A DNA stretch of 64,000 nt from assembly GCF_009914755.1 (NCBI RefSeq), contig NC_060926.1; one strand, 5' to 3'. The notes under the pieces were generated by a model. That model was not told where the DNA came from. It was given only the letters and a program-made list of their open reading frames with translations, and ran no database searches. The stretch is from the human T2T-CHM13v2.0 reference genome, Homo sapiens. Below are positions 17,097 through 31,649 of this stretch, piece by piece; positions within the stretch are counted from its first letter, which is position 1; each line of letters opens with the position of its first letter. The position numbers and the translations under genes are program-made.

Positions 17097-17561
17097 TGTA
17101 TCAGATTCCTATTGCTGCTACAACAAATTACCACATATTTAGAGGCTTAAAATAATATAATATTTTTCTCTTACAGTTCTAGAGGTCGGAAGTCCCAAAT
17201 GAGTCTTACAGGGCAAAATCAAAAAGTCAGCAAGAGTGGTTCCTTCTGAAAGCTCCAAGGAAGAACCTATTTTTGCCTCATCCAACTTGCAGTCCTTTAC
17301 TTTTGGCCCATTCCTCCATCTTCAAGGTCAACAATATAACATCTTCAAGTCTCTCTGTTTCTGTCGTCACCTCACCTTATGCCCCTCTAATCTGCCTCCC
17401 TCTTATAAGGACTCCTGTGATGACCCCAGACCCACCTGAGCAATCCAGGAGAATCCTCCCATCTCAACATTCTTAACTTAATCACATCTGCAAAGACATA
17501 GCCACAAGTTCCAGGGATTAGAACATGAACATCATTGGGGTCCATTGTTCAGTCTACAACA
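17097..17561 (-). mobile_element. MaLR solo LTR (MLT1-type)
   Basis: tgta...ttgctgct..aacaaattaccac start, ...ctacaaca end; 5-bp TSD ctata/ctaca. Confidence 0.8.
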
Positions 17562-17689
17562 CTACAGAAATCCTATGAAGTAGATGCCTAAATCCAGTTT
17601 TTCAGATGAAGAAACTAAGATTCAGCGGGCTTCTTGACTTGTGTCAAGAACCCTTGTGGCCTGTGTTGGGGTAATTTTATGCGTGTGCC

Positions 17690-18335
17690 CCTTTAATATT
17701 TACTGAGTGCTCTCTCTGTGGCAGACAATGCACTACACAGTGTAGAGGAAAGTCTACCTTGAGAAACTTCTATACTAGTGAAAAAAGTAAACCGTTATTT
17801 AAAAATTCACTTAGATATACACATACTTGTGTTGTAAAGGAAAGGAATGAGGTATTAGGAAAGAAAAATAAAAGAGCGGTCATTGTGTAAATTTAAGGGT
17901 AGGGAGGTTAGGGAAAGCCTCTTTAAAAAAGTGGTGTTTATGCCAAGACCTGCAGAAGCATAGGAGTAGACTGTCAAAAGGAAATGGAACAGCATTTGGT
18001 TCTGAGGGAACAGCAAGTGCAGATACCCCTAAGTGGGGAGGAATGTGCAACTTCAAGAAGAGCAGCATGGCTGGAGTATGGTGAGTAAATGTCATCTCTT
18101 CCTGGAAGCCTTCCTGGCCTGGGGTTGTGAGCTTTCCTTGGGTTTGCATGACACTCACTCCTTATCAGATCACTGCACTAATTCTAACTCCCTGGCTATG
18201 TGGGACTCCTTGACTACACTGTGAACCACAGAGAGCCAGGACGGGGTCTATTCATCCCTGAATGCCAGTCTTGCACAGTTCCTGGCATAGAGTAGGTGCT
18301 CAATAAATACTCATTGACTAAATGTGTGAATGAAC
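17690..18335. mobile_element. Two adjacent LINE-2 fragments in opposite orientation
   Basis: Minus piece (tatttactgagtgc...) about 17690-18080; plus piece ending ggtgctcaataaata...tgaatgaa. Confidence 0.6.
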
Positions 18336-21300
18336 AATATGCAGATCCCTCCTTCCATAAAACTCCCTGTGCTCAAGTGAGATCAGGCCACAACGTGACT
18401 GACACTTACAATTCTGCTGTGCAGAAAAAGCATTACTCCTTATTTTTCTCAACAACTGGTCTGATCTCCCTCCAAGCCTCCCCTCCTCTTCTCAATCCTG
18501 CCCTCCATCTGTTAGATAGTGTGGGGGAAAAGACAGTATTTAGTGAATCCAATTCAAATTTTAGTTTATCTATTAGCAGCCTCTTTACATAACTTCACAC
18601 TCTTTGGTTTACTCAGTCTTTTAGATTTCTGACCCTTTCTCACCCAGGTGGAAGCCAGGAAAATGAAGGGGGCTTTTCAGCTTGTGATGCAGCATCCCCC
18701 AAAGCCCCTGCCCAATAAAAACTTTGAATTCTTCCATCTTTGAATGAAAGCTGTTTGGAGACAAGAACTGTGTCCTATCAGGTACTATGGATAGTAGAGA
18801 AAGTATGGAATGAATCTCCCATGTTTCCTATGTTATCAACATTATTATTAATTATGAGTAACAGACCACATCCCAAGAGAGTCAGCACCCTGGGACTAAC
18901 TAGTAAAAAAGATAAAAATGGCTGGCGAAACAATTTTTCTTAATGTCGTTCCCCTTACCTGTAAAACAGGAGAGTAAATGCTGCCCTGTCCTACTGGGAA
19001 ATATTCTTACTGGGTTCAGTTTACAAAATCATTGTGGAAAAAAAACATGTTGGGGAGGGAAGATTTAAAAATACAGAAAAGTAAGCACAACAACCCAGCC
19101 CCCTACCCCACTGCACCCCAATATGATTTATCCTCCCAACATTGTCATTTTACTATAGATCAAGATCCATCAGAGTCATATCCCAATGATTCCCCCCAGA
19201 TTTCTAGAACTTTCATGTCTTCTGATAGTGCCTCCATCTCCAACACTGACTCTCAATCTTCCCAATTTTGCTACCTTAAGCAATATACTTTAATTTTTCC
19301 TGCCTCAGCTCCCCTACCTATGTCACTATTGTTAGCAGATAACTAAGTGAACCTGCCATGGCACAGGTCAGAGGGTAGTTGTTCAATGCACGTCAGTTAC
19401 TTCCAGGTTGGGAAGCCTACCTCCTCTGCACTCAGGTCATGTTCCATGAATTCCTTCCTCCAGCGTCTGCTCTGGGCCTGGAAGTCCTTGCCATCTGAGA
19501 CTTCTCCAGGAATCCTTCCCCTCTTCATAAGCCCAGGGCAAGTTTCTCTCCATAAGCCGTGTCAGTATTAATTCTTCAGCTCACACTAATATCTTCTTTG
19601 CTAAATGCTTACTGCATCCATTCTAAGCAGAACCACACATTTCAGGGCTTAATTCTCTTCCATTAGTTCCACATGCCTTGTTTCCTCAACTCGCTATAAA
19701 ACTTGTGACGACTATGTCCTGGACATCTTAGTGCAGAGAAGCCTGAGGGAGCCTAATCCCCACTCGTTGACTGGCGGTACTGTGGATCCTTCTGTCCTGG
19801 GACCCACAAACTCAAACAACAGGCTCACAACATCAGAGTCCATCAGCCCTCAATCACATGGGCTCCAGCAGCAGTTGGAGGCCTCTCTCGAATGGAGAAG
19901 GTGGTGAGAAAGCTGATTTGCCCGTAAGTAAATAGCTGTTGTAATTATGGAAGATTATTCTCAACAGACCAGCAGACGGAAACCAATTTGCATAACAGAC
20001 GCTGTTATTCATGGAAATGTTTGTGATTTGTCTACCAAAGCAGATGAAGACCCTAAATTAATGTGTGTATGCCAGCGCCAGTAAACCAAACACTCGCTTC
20101 TTTATCCTCTTCTCTACAACATACACACATTGCCCTCAGGTTGAATTCAGCACCTTCAGATCCACTTTCAGGGTTGGGGGAACCCCTGAAGAAAGCCCAA
20201 GTTCCAGGGAGCAGGGCAGGAGGAAGCACGCAGACTTGTACAAACTGCTAGGCATTTTCCATTGTGCTGGAAGCTCAAGGTTGCCACTGCCTTTCTGATG
20301 GAAATCTTGTAAGAGTCTGGTGAGTCCTGCAAACCTAAGACACATCTTAGAGCAGGATGGAACAAACCAGAAGTGACAGAAGTTGTCTGGTAAGTTCTGA
20401 AACACTAGTTTTCACATACATCAGAATCACTGAAAAAGCTTTCTGTGAAAACATGGATGTTCATATCTTGGCCCCAGAATTTCAGATTCAGTGCTGAATT
20501 AAGGTGCTTCCCTCCATTCCCAGGGGACAAGCTGTTCTAAAATGCAACCAACACAAAGTTATCTGTAAACCTGAGAAATATGACATGACGCAAAAGTGCA
20601 ATGTGTTCAAATGAAAACAGTGATCTATGGATCCTGGAAGCTGATTGGACACAAAAAGGTGTCCAGGCATCTTACAACATGTAAATTTACCCAAATGCAT
20701 GGAGTCAACTCTTTTAAACCAAGTACTCAATTAAGTTAAGAGCCTGGTTTTTAAGCAAACTGGCTCCTTCATAGACCACTTTCCTTAGGAATGGGCTTTA
20801 GTAGTGAGAGCTCTTATAAACAATTAAGAGACCAAGCTACAGTGAACAAATAGATAATCTCCAAATGAAACTTCTTAAATATAGGGTTTTAAGGGGGAGT
20901 TCACACTTGAATGGAAAGACCTAGGGTTATCTTTAAGGCTTTGTTTCTTCTAAAGATTAGCTCTTAAATGCCTATTAACAACATTTAATTGTTTGCTTAC
21001 TTTAAAAAAAAAGTCTTTGTAAGGAGATGGAGGGAAAGGTTTCAGTTTCAAAATCCCAAACTCTTAAACTCAAAGGATGGCTCTGCTTAAGCCCCATATA
21101 CACTTTCTATTGTTTCTGGCTTAAAGAATATTTAATGTAAGCCCCCATGGGCTCCTGGCAACATTAAGGGCAGCAGCTATTAGTTAAATAAACCAACACA
21201 TGTGGTGCTTTAAGGGCAGGGCAGTCTTCTGGAAGCGCTTTGATCAGGCCTAATGGGAATCCACACTCCTGATAGGGATTAACTGTCTAAAAGGAAATCT

Positions 21301-22674
21301 TCGCAGGAGTAAATTCTGCTGTGGGAGTGACTGGGAGTGAGCCACCTGGAAGCAGCCATTCGAGAAATGCAATCAACATAAAATGATGTGTAAACCCGGA
21401 CACAGTGGACTGCCATGAAAGGGCGATGTGTTAAAATGAAGAAGGTGATGTCATGACAAGCACAAGCAGATGGATGAAAGGAGCTGACAGCTGGTCACTA
21501 TGGAGTCTTCGAAAGCAGAGCCCATTGTGCTTGTGGAGGGCTGGCCAGGGGAGGAAGGCTGTGTACATCTGGCAGCACAGATATTTCATCACTGTTCTGC
21601 AGGGGATCAGGCTTGTCTCACTCCTGGGTCCTTAACTCTGTTTAGCCATCTAACAATGTGTTTGCTTTTCCAGGTACCCAGGAATGGCCCTTCTTGGAGG
21701 GCAGACATAAATATCTGGTCATTTTAAAGGGGCATCCTTCATTGACGATTGATTGATACATTACAAGGACATGAACAGGACCAGTGGGGACCCAGTTTTC
21801 CAGAGGCTGGTCACTTCTGGGTGCCCTGCTCTGGACATCTGTGAACACCTGCGCCTTGAGCTGTGAAGTCCCCATCACAATATGGCCCCTCAGAGGCTCA
21901 ATCAGATACTAGACTTCTTCTCTTCCCCACCTCCCCACTGTTTCTTAATAAGGGTGGGGTTATTTCTATACTCCCAATATGCTTTGTCTAAAAAAGCATC
22001 TGAGTGCATTTAACCTATTTTGTAGAAAGTTGCAAAGGCAAGAGGAGAGATGCTGAGCACATCCAAGAAATGACTGGAAATTGGCTACTGAGACCATTTG
22101 GCTGGGCAGGATGAGGATACAAATGTGAGATGGAGGGAAAACATTTCAAATATGAAACATGAGTGCAGTAAGCATCTGAGAATCCTGTTCTATGGCTGAG
22201 CTTTCTCCCCTGTATTATGAAGGTGGAGAGACTTAACTGATTTAGGAATAACTGGCCATGCCTAATTCCGTCTTCCTATCTCCTAGGAGGCAGCAGCCAC
22301 AGAGAGCCCCTATTCTGCTCTGCCTCTCTGGGGGAATGCTCCTCCCTCTGCCCCAGGACCTCTTTCCAGGCTGGGCTGCATGGCTGATGGGGTTTGGAAT
22401 TATCAAGCCCACATGCCCACTTGGTTAACAGACCTAATGCAATATCACTAACTTGGTTCTATCAGTAATAAAAATAGTATTTGAACTTTAGTTTTATTTC
22501 TCAACTTATTAAGTGTTCTTTACCACCACACACTCACAGGAAGAGATATGTGATTTATTGAGGACCCCAACAGGTTTTGTGGAAAAATCACACGGTTCGA
22601 AGCTAGGAGTCCCATGTTTGAGTTCTGACTCCATCACTTCCCAGTCTAGGAGCTTGGGCAAGTCATTTAGCTTA

Positions 22675-23000
22675 GCAGTTCTCCACAGGTGGTTTTTGGA
22701 CCTGATATTCCAGGATCCTTTTGGGGGCCTGTGAGGTCAAAACCATTTTAGTAATAGTACTAAGCTGTTATTTTCCATTCTTGTTTGTTGGCATTTATGC
22801 TGAAGGTGTGCAAATCGAGGCAGTGGAACCACACCATACTAGTCATTGTGTTCTCTACCACCACTCACTTGCAGCAAAAAAAAAAAAAAAAAAGCCAATT
22901 TCATTTCAGAATGTCTTCAATGATGCAGTAAAAATGATTACTTTTATTAAATCTCAACCCCTGAATACATGTCTTTTCAATATTTTGTTGTGAGGAAATT
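22675..23000. mobile_element. hAT-Charlie DNA transposon fragment
   Basis: ggggcctgtgaggtcaaaaccatttt...aatagtactaag resembles a recalled Charlie1 terminus. Confidence 0.55.
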
Positions 23001-23020
23001 ACACATAAAGTGAGCAATTT

Positions 23021-23390
23021 TGTAACAGAGTGCCTCTGTTGAGAACCCTCCCAGGAACAGCTATCCTCAGCACCTAGGGGACAGATTTCCAGCAAGTTCT
23101 GCAGCATAGCACCACAGTGGCTTCCCTGCCATTCCATGAGCCACACCCCTGCCATCTGCAGTCAAGTCTGGATCAGCTCTAAGTAAAGGGCAGAGACCTC
23201 TTTCCTGGTCACTCTATATCAGCTGTAGGGTAGTGGATGCCCCATGTCTGCTATTGTATTGTTTAGTATCCCCCTTACATTTTACTATCTAATCCCTCAA
23301 TTACTCCAATGCTCCGTGTAATTTTAAAGTCTTTATATTAAACTTCCTTGTTCAACTTCCTGTGTGGTTTCTCTCTTCTGACTGGACCAG
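23021..23390 (+). mobile_element. ERVL LTR (LTR16-like)
   Basis: tgtaacaga start; ttaaacttccttgttcaa...tgtgtggtttctctcttctgactggacc end motif. Confidence 0.55.
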
Positions 23391-26182
23391 GTTGGTAAGA
23401 TGGTTTCCTCTACAAGGAGATCTACCATCTACCAATAAGATGGTTTCCTCTACAAGGAGCCTCCAGGCCGTCCCTGCCCTGTGTCCAGCAGTGCCCTGAA
23501 TGTTCATTAAGATTCTGTGGTAGCAAAAAAGAGATTTTTAAAGCCCCTGACCAAGGGCCTGTTCTTGCATAGTGTGAACCTGGGTGGAGAACACCTTGTC
23601 TCATACACCGAAGACCCCATTTGCTTCTTGGGATGTATCTCTTGTGCCCATTTCTTCTCACAAGATGAATGGGGAAAAAAATGCCTTCCCAGCTGCGTGG
23701 GATAAAACCAAAGCTGAATAGTAGCTCTGAAATTGGCTAAGCTTCTTCTTTCTTCCCCTACTGCTCTCAGGTCCTTCCTGAGGTTGAATGGCTGGAGTGA
23801 GATAACTTGGCCGGCCTCGACACTGCAAGCTGCCCCTCTCCCCACCACACTCTCAACCTGGGCTTCATCTGGGTCTCTGATGGCATGAGGTGGGATGGTG
23901 CAGCCATGAGGATGGGGATTGATGGCAGACTTCATTGGAAAGAAACCTCCCAGGGCCTTCTGGGGTTCTAAGAAACCAGAGAAAGCCCAGGAAGAGTAGG
24001 TCATGAGGACCTGTCACTGCAACTAGAGTAGGTCACTTATTAATACATTCTCTGAACTTCTTCCCATTTCTACTTGGGCCAACATTTCTTTTGCTAAACT
24101 ACCAGCTCGATTTCTCCAAAATGCCCTATGTCCTGTTACAACTACTTGTCTTACAACCACTTATTACTCTCCTGATGAGTTCTGGTGTAATGCTCTGTCC
24201 CTTTCCCATGCTGCTCCTCCTCTCTAGAGCATCCTCCTTTCCCTGGGTACGGCTAAGCTTTCAGGTCCAGCACCACATCCTCTGGGAACTCTTCCAGGAC
24301 TCTGAGGTTGATCTGAGCACCCCAGGTGTATTCCTCACACCATGAACTGAGCAACCAGACTGCCGTCTCATTAAAGACAGGAACTGAATTTTCATCTCTA
24401 TGCTAGGATCTAGCTCAGTGCCTCTGTGCCTATATTTTTTAAAGAAAAAAGTACACAAATAAAAAAATAAAGGACTACTTGTCTTATCTGTGCTTGAAGT
24501 TGTTCAATGCATGTCTGCTGTTACTGAAGGCTGGCTAAATGTCATTAATACTAATGAAGAAACCAAGGCACAAAATGTTTAGGCGACCTGCTTAAGTCAC
24601 ACAGCCAATAAGTGACTGAGGCTGGACTCTAACAGGTGGCTTCTCATGGATGACATTTGGAGGAGCTACAGGAGGGTGATGTTCTTGGAACATAGGTCAG
24701 GCTGGCCAGGAGGGCATGAGGGTCTGCCAGGTGGTTGCTAAAATTACTTCACTTTCTGTCCTTTTAGGACTAGGGAGGGAAATCCAGGGTCACTGGGAAG
24801 CTGTCCTTGGCATGTGGTCGTAGGCATTGCTCAGCGTTCTCTCTCAGGGATGGTCCACTGTGATGAGGGCTGGTGGGAAGGGGGACTAATAGGCCTTATC
24901 AGAGGAACCAGCAGGGACTCCCTCCCCCTGCACCCTCACACACCTATAGACACAACACTCACATCTCAGAAGCCAAGCCAGACAATTGGAAGTAAACAGC
25001 TCTACTGCCCTGAGCTCCAGCTCCCAGGTTCTGGCCCCAAGTGTCATGGGGGGAAGTGACCTTGCAATAATGGTATCCTCCATGTCTACTACCAACTAGC
25101 TGTTCTGGTGACCAAACAGATGGGCTCAGAGACCAAAGGGGCTGAGATCACATAGGTGATAGGTCAATTTAAAACATACAGCAAGAAGCAAGGGGAGAGG
25201 GACAGGGTGGGACAACACACTTAGAACATTGTAAGAGAGGACAGAAGGAAAACATATGTCACCCTGAGTCATGCCATGCTTACATGTCCTGAACTCCACC
25301 AGCACTTCCTGCTCATGGTGTGATTACAAATACCAGAGCTGAGGTCTGAGCAAGGGGCACAAAAGACAGATGGTGCCTGGGGCCCAATCCCATCAGAGAG
25401 ACATGGGACAAGTACGACTGGCCACAGATGTAGCTTATCAATTTATCTGCTGAAAGCCATGGGTGTTTATCTGTATTTCTAGGGGCTCATGGCATTGCCA
25501 ATGGGTGGCTCAATGAATATTGAGTGCCTCATGGGTCTCGCGTGTGGTTGATGTAACCTGAACACTTGGTGCTTCATGTACCTCATGTATATTTAGTGTG
25601 TGTCATGAATATTCAGTGCCCACTCAGCTCCTTCATCCCTTCCTATCTGTGCATACACACATACACATCACGTCCTTTATCTATGCCTAACATGGCTCAC
25701 AAGCCATTTGCTTCTACTATTAGTTTCAATTATCCTCCTGATTTGTTTTTTTTTTTTTTATTTACTAGATCAGAATCCAACATTCCAAGCCCAGCCAGTG
25801 CACATTACACCAGGTCTGTTTACTAGAATAGTAACCCCCAATTCTGAACTCCACTTTGCAGTCTGCAAAGGTCTTTCACATTCACAATCTTATTTCATCT
25901 TTGCCACCGTCCCACGAGGCAGGAGTTAACATCCCAATTCAGAAGATGAGCACACTAAGGCTCAGAGGTTAAATGACTTTCCACAGGCCACAAGCACACA
26001 TCCATTTGGTGGCAGAGAGGACGTGCATCCCAGTCCTCTCGCCCCTGGTCAAGTGTATTTCCAGTTTTACCAGCCCACCCCTGGGTTATTTTCACTCCCT
26101 TAAGGACCCCCAACTCTTCTGACTCCTGAGCCTTGTACAGTCTGATCTGAAGAAGCTATCACTTCTGGTACCCTGGGTATAA

Positions 26183-26183
<1 letters not shown>

Positions 26184-26224
<41 letters not shown>

Positions 26225-26246
26225 CTCACACACACACACACATACA
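26184..26246. repeat. (CA)n microsatellite
   Basis: About 19 perfect units plus an interrupted extension. Confidence 0.95.
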
Positions 26247-29200
26247 TCCCAGAGAAAGGAGCTGCAGCAATAAGCAGGCCTGAGCAGCAATCTCACAGGG
26301 CCTATTCCAGTCAATGCCTGCAGACCTCACTGCATGGTCTTTATTCCACAATGGGAGTCCACAGGAGGCTTCCTTGCAGCTCAGTCCCTCCAGAAGCTTA
26401 TCTGCTTAGGCAGAAGGGCAGCAGTTTGAGCAGAAGAGCATCTGCACCCTGAGAACACCATAGTCCTCTCAGCATTAAACCCCATGCTAAGGGCACTCTA
26501 ACAATCTCTGAGTCCTCCCTTGTCAAGGAAGCCAAGGACCAGGGAAAGAATGTTCTGTATGAGTCAACCAGCAAAGCTGCAACCAAGGAACCCAAAGCCA
26601 CTTGAAAGAGGAGTAAGCGTTTGTGCACCAGGCAGCCTTCCGCAGGGCCTGACGTGGGCCCACTTCTCCAACGGTGTGTGATACTAAGGGTGAAGGAGTG
26701 GAGGGGGCTGGCCTGGGGTCCCGCAGCCTGGGCCACCAGGGCTGCTTGTGTGTGTGCTGCTGCTGCTGCTGGCTGCACAGCTTCTGCAGAGCTGCCTCTT
26801 GCTGTTGCTGCCAATGACCCAAGGGGTCTCGATAGCTGGATGACAGGAACATCACACTTGGTGAGGCTCCCCCTCAGGTGAGACTTCATGTGAGGCTAGT
26901 GGAAGTCAAACTAAAAACAAGGATCACTTTAATTATTTCATCTGGCCAAGAGATCCCTTCTGGGAAATGATTCCTTTGTCCAAAAGTCCTCAAATAGATG
27001 TTTCCAAGCAGAGCTGAAGCTCGGATTTCAGGCACCAGAGGATGGTAGCGCCCGGTTTTCTCTGGTTCAGAAACCACTTGGCTTCTCCCCTATTGAAGAA
27101 AGGTCCTCCCAGACCATTGGAGAGTGGAGGTGGGACTCTCCTGTGCAGTTAACATGGCTGTGAAGGGTAACAGTGAACCACACATTGAAGCCCGGCATGA
27201 TGCCAATCAGCTTATGTGTGTGGTGGCACGAGATCCTCACAGGGGCCTCTGGACCACAGAGTCAAACAGTGGCGACTCGCCAAAGGTAACTGACACAGCT
27301 GGACTTAGGCGGGCACCTTTGTAAAGGCCAGCCTGTGCTCTTGGCAAATTTGCTATCTCCAGGCAGATGCAGATTTAGAAGTTATACAGTCCAACCCCCT
27401 CTAATAGCACACAATTGCTTTTTAAAATAGATGAATTCAGAAGTTAGGGAACTTGTTGAAGCCTCCATGGATGGCTTTTAAGAACCAAAAATACCCAGAC
27501 CCCTCGTCAAGGTGAGGCCTGCCCTTTCCAACACCCCACCCTACCTGTCTTGAGCTATGCGGCTTCTGGCATAATTTTCTTCTGCAAGTGGGAGAAACCA
27601 TGCAAGCCCAGGCTTAAAATGGAAGATAAAGACAGGAGCCAGCATGGGGCTTAAATACCAGGCCTCTCCCGAGCCTGGGTCTGGCCCAGGACCACCCACC
27701 TCCCACCACTCACTCTGTGATTTGCGACCTGAAAGCAAAAGGTTCAGGAACTTGACCCAATGGTTGATCCTCCCAGGAGAAGGAATTCTGAATGGGTAAA
27801 AGAAAGTGATGCCCTAGTATCTTGAATTTCGGGATATGAAGAACGTGTTCAGAGGGCATCTGTGATGGTTTGAACTGCCTCTTCAGTCAGGACCTGCCAT
27901 TTGGCATCAGAATGACTCTAAACTTTAGGCCACCAGAGAGGGACCCTTTAGTGAGAAGTCACATGTCTCTTTAGGCAAACCTTATATATTGATATTTTCA
28001 GTTAGCAACTTGAGTAGAGACTGACTTTTTAAATGACAGGATTCACCTGAATTACTTTAAAGTCATTCATTCATTAAATTGGTAAATATTAAACATGAGC
28101 TATGTGCTAAACCAGGTGCTGTGATGCCAGGATGTATGGGCTGGGTGCCGCTATATCCCTCAAGGAGATGCACTTCAGCTGAGCACTTAAGTAAATGAAA
28201 GAAATTTCAGAAACAAATGCAATATATAAAATAGAGTACAGTACATAAATTAAACACTAGTCAGAAAAAAGAGACAAGGAGAGACAAGTGAATCCATGTG
28301 AGGCTGAAGCTGGCCTTTTGGGCTGAGTCTGGCTGGCAAGGTATTCCATTAGCCAGGGTTTCCCAGAAGAGCTTGTGCTGAAACTGTCATCTGTGGTCCT
28401 GTAGCTGGAAGATGTCCTGGTGTGGGGATCGTGCACCACCTAGCGTTGACATAAGCCACTGCACATACCACAAAAGTGGGAAGGAAGGTGCCCTCCCCAC
28501 AAAGAAGTCTGTGGAGTTCACCGTTTTTAAGTGCACTGCCAAATGCCATAAATGCTCACATATGTTACTTCATCTAGCCTGCATTAGAGCCCTATGAGGT
28601 CGATATTGTCATCACCATGTGACTGATGAAGCTGTAGAGATTCAAAAAGGTTAAGCTATTTGATCAAGGTCCCCTGAACTAAGGGCCAATGTAGGGAATT
28701 GAACCTCCCTCCCCCTGTACTCTGTTAACTTCCTAGCCTTTCTGGTGTAGAGGAAAGGATTGGGCATCTCATGACCAGGCTTAGACTTCTTGGATGATGG
28801 CTCAGCCTCTCAAGAAAGGACCCAGACTCCATGGCAGATCCTGCAGGGATCAGCCCTTGCCTGCCCCAGCAGCCTTGGTTTTCTTGCAACAGAGATAAGT
28901 TCTGGCTTCTCTGAATCTCTTGCTGTGTTCCAAGCACTCCATTTCATCCCTTGCTTTAGTGTCTTCTTTTTTTTTTTTTTTTCCATGTAGAGTGCCCTCT
29001 GTCTGGGACACCACTGTCCCTTTATTTTCCTACCTAGTGCCTCTTTCCCTTAAGATGGTTAAAGGGAAACCTGCCAGGAAGCCTCCCCTGGCCCTCTCAG
29101 GTTGTGCTAGATGCCTCTCCCGTGTTTCCACAGTACTGTGTGCATTCCCAGGTCACACTGCACCACAGACCACCTGTCAGTCATCTCTCACCCCCTCCAG

Positions 29201-31237
29201 GAGACTGTGAGCTCTGTGTCCCCAGTGCCTAGCAGATGCCTGACCCATTGCAGGAGCTTGATAAATGTCTTCAGGCGAATGAATGTTTGAATGGCTGGAT
29301 AGATGGGCAGAAGGATGAGGTGAAAGCTTGCTGCCCAACTGGCCTCAGCATTCCAGGGTCTCATCAAGTGCCCTATGCTGGCCAGTCAAGTTCACCAGCA
29401 GAGCCAGCCAGGATAGAACCCCAGGGGGACAGGATTCACTTAAATTACTTACAAGTCTAGTGGAGAAAGGTTGCGCTCTAGACTGCATTCTTACCCTGCC
29501 TTCTCACTGTTAGTGTCAGTTCACTTCTAGGTCACAACCTAATTCCCAGCAGAGTTTCTGGAACAACTGCAGGTCAGTACTCAGTCTCTCGGGGTTGCTT
29601 GGTCTATGGTCCCGAAAACCCCTAGCTGGCAACCTGGAGCTCTGTTGAATAAACGGGCTGCTTCTGAGGTGAGAGGGAAGCAGAGGACAGAGCTTTAATA
29701 ACGAGATGGCCACTTTCTCAGAGATCCCTGCCCCTGAGTCCCTGCATTGGAGACTGGAGTGGCCCTCCTGGTGCCCCACTTCAAGGAAGTAGTTTGATAC
29801 ATTCAGAAAGAGGATGTGGAAGAAGATGAGGAAAAGAGAAATAGAGCATAAAACCATGGGTGTTTCACTATGTCCTCTAAAAACCAAAATAAAAATAAGT
29901 AATAGTAGCTGTAGAAATTACTTGTTCTACCTCAGGGGAAAAATTGGAGCTTCATTCATTGGGTGCCTGCAGCCTGCTGGCATTATCTAATCTTCACAAT
30001 GACCCAGGAATGGAGGCATTTGGGCTCCATTTTACAAATGAATAAACTGAGGTCCAATGTCACACAGCTAGAGTGCATCTTCTCACCTCTCTTCTCTTTC
30101 ATTTCTGTTGGATTTGGTAGCCTCTCTGTCCTCAGGACACTGGAGAAAAGATGGTAACCCAGGACCTGAGACCAGTGACCCCAAAGGACCATCTTTGCAG
30201 AGATCCTGAGAGCTTGATACACAGCCTGCTTCTCCATGATGCCCGCTTTTACCTACTCATCACCCACAACACTCATTTCCTCCTTTCCTTCATTATAAAT
30301 CTAAATACATATACTTCATTGGGGAAACATCAGGTTCAAAATCCTGGAAGCCAAAATCATTTCTCTAACTCAATACAGCAATGGCAGGAAAACAGTGCTA
30401 TTTACAGTCAGCCAGGAAGTGCCTTGCTCCAGGCCACATCTGCAATCTAGAAGGTTCTCTTTGGATAACTGAAGTTTTATACAAAACATGAAAGAAGAAA
30501 CAAGACCAGGGATAAATAAATGGTAGGTATTTTCATCTCCTCTTGTTCAGGTAGAGTCCTGTTTTCCTGAGATTGTGACAGCCTGGAACAGGCCTCACTT
30601 TGATATGCTTTCCCTGCGTGGGCTGGACTTGACAACCCAACCTCTGGATTCCTTGACCTCACCCTCCTTGGCACTGGCAGGTGATTTCTCACTCCTCCTT
30701 GGCTGCACTTTCCACTTTTTCTTATTCATGGCAGACTTTCTGCTTTCGATATTCCAGAACTGCTGATGGTCAACTCTCAGCCCTTCAGCTGACTTCACCC
30801 TGGTGCTTGCCCAGTTTCTCCTGCCCCAGATCTCTATTTTCCCGCCCCTGCTTCCCCTGGAGTGACAGAAGATGGGGAAGCGTGGTGGGAGTGGGGAGAT
30901 TGCTCTGCCCCCTGGTCTTCAGTACTCAGCTTTGGGGGTATAGGAGAGAATCTGGAGGAAGGGTGTCAGCAAAGACAGGTCATCTTTGAGTTGCCACAGT
31001 GCAGATACCTAGACTCAGGAGAGTGAGGCTAGCACCTGAGTGATGTAGGACCACTCAAACCACCCACTGAGAAGTCACCAGAGGGGCTCTCAGGCTTAAT
31101 CAATGTGGAGATAGATCTATCTGCACCAACACAGCCAGCACACTATAGTCTAAATGTCATGAGTAGGATCATGGTGTCACCCTCCCATCACCCAAAAATA
31201 TCTCCAAAACTGCCTTCAGGGGCCAAGGCAAAATTGG

Positions 31238-31243
31238 TTTATT
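31238..31243 (-). terminator. Polyadenylation signal AATAAA of CAPN14
   Basis: Plus strand tttatt; followed on the minus strand by U/GU-rich sequence (gttttgg, tttttgggtg). Confidence 0.7.
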
Positions 31244-31649
31244 AAAACAGCTATTTGCAATGGCAGATTTTAAAGACAAAGACACAAATAAGTCAATGGA
31301 TATAAAAAACTGTAAAAGGCTGTAAATACATGATCATCATTTATAAAATCAACAACATCTCATGTATCTGGCACTTTATGGAAACCCATTTTACATTTTA
31401 TCATTTGGAATAAATGAAGGGTTTTTTTTCCTAAATAAAATACTTTCCTACCCCATAAGCTACGCTTTCAAAGTGCTCCTTTCTTCTGGTACAGTACCCA
31501 TCTGACAGGTGCTCAAATCTCCTTTAGTCCTCTGCCAATGGACACACTTTTATCTCTTCATTCAGCTTCCTTCCTGAGTCTGCTATGGAGTTGGAAATCA
31601 AACAGCCATGTTTGTTAGAATTGTTTGTAAATTAAGATTAAATAGAATA

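Noticed and set aside
23396-23459. Repeat-spacer-repeat resembling a CRISPR array
   Set aside because: Only two repeats, a 16-nt spacer, human context and no cas genes; better explained as a repair scar
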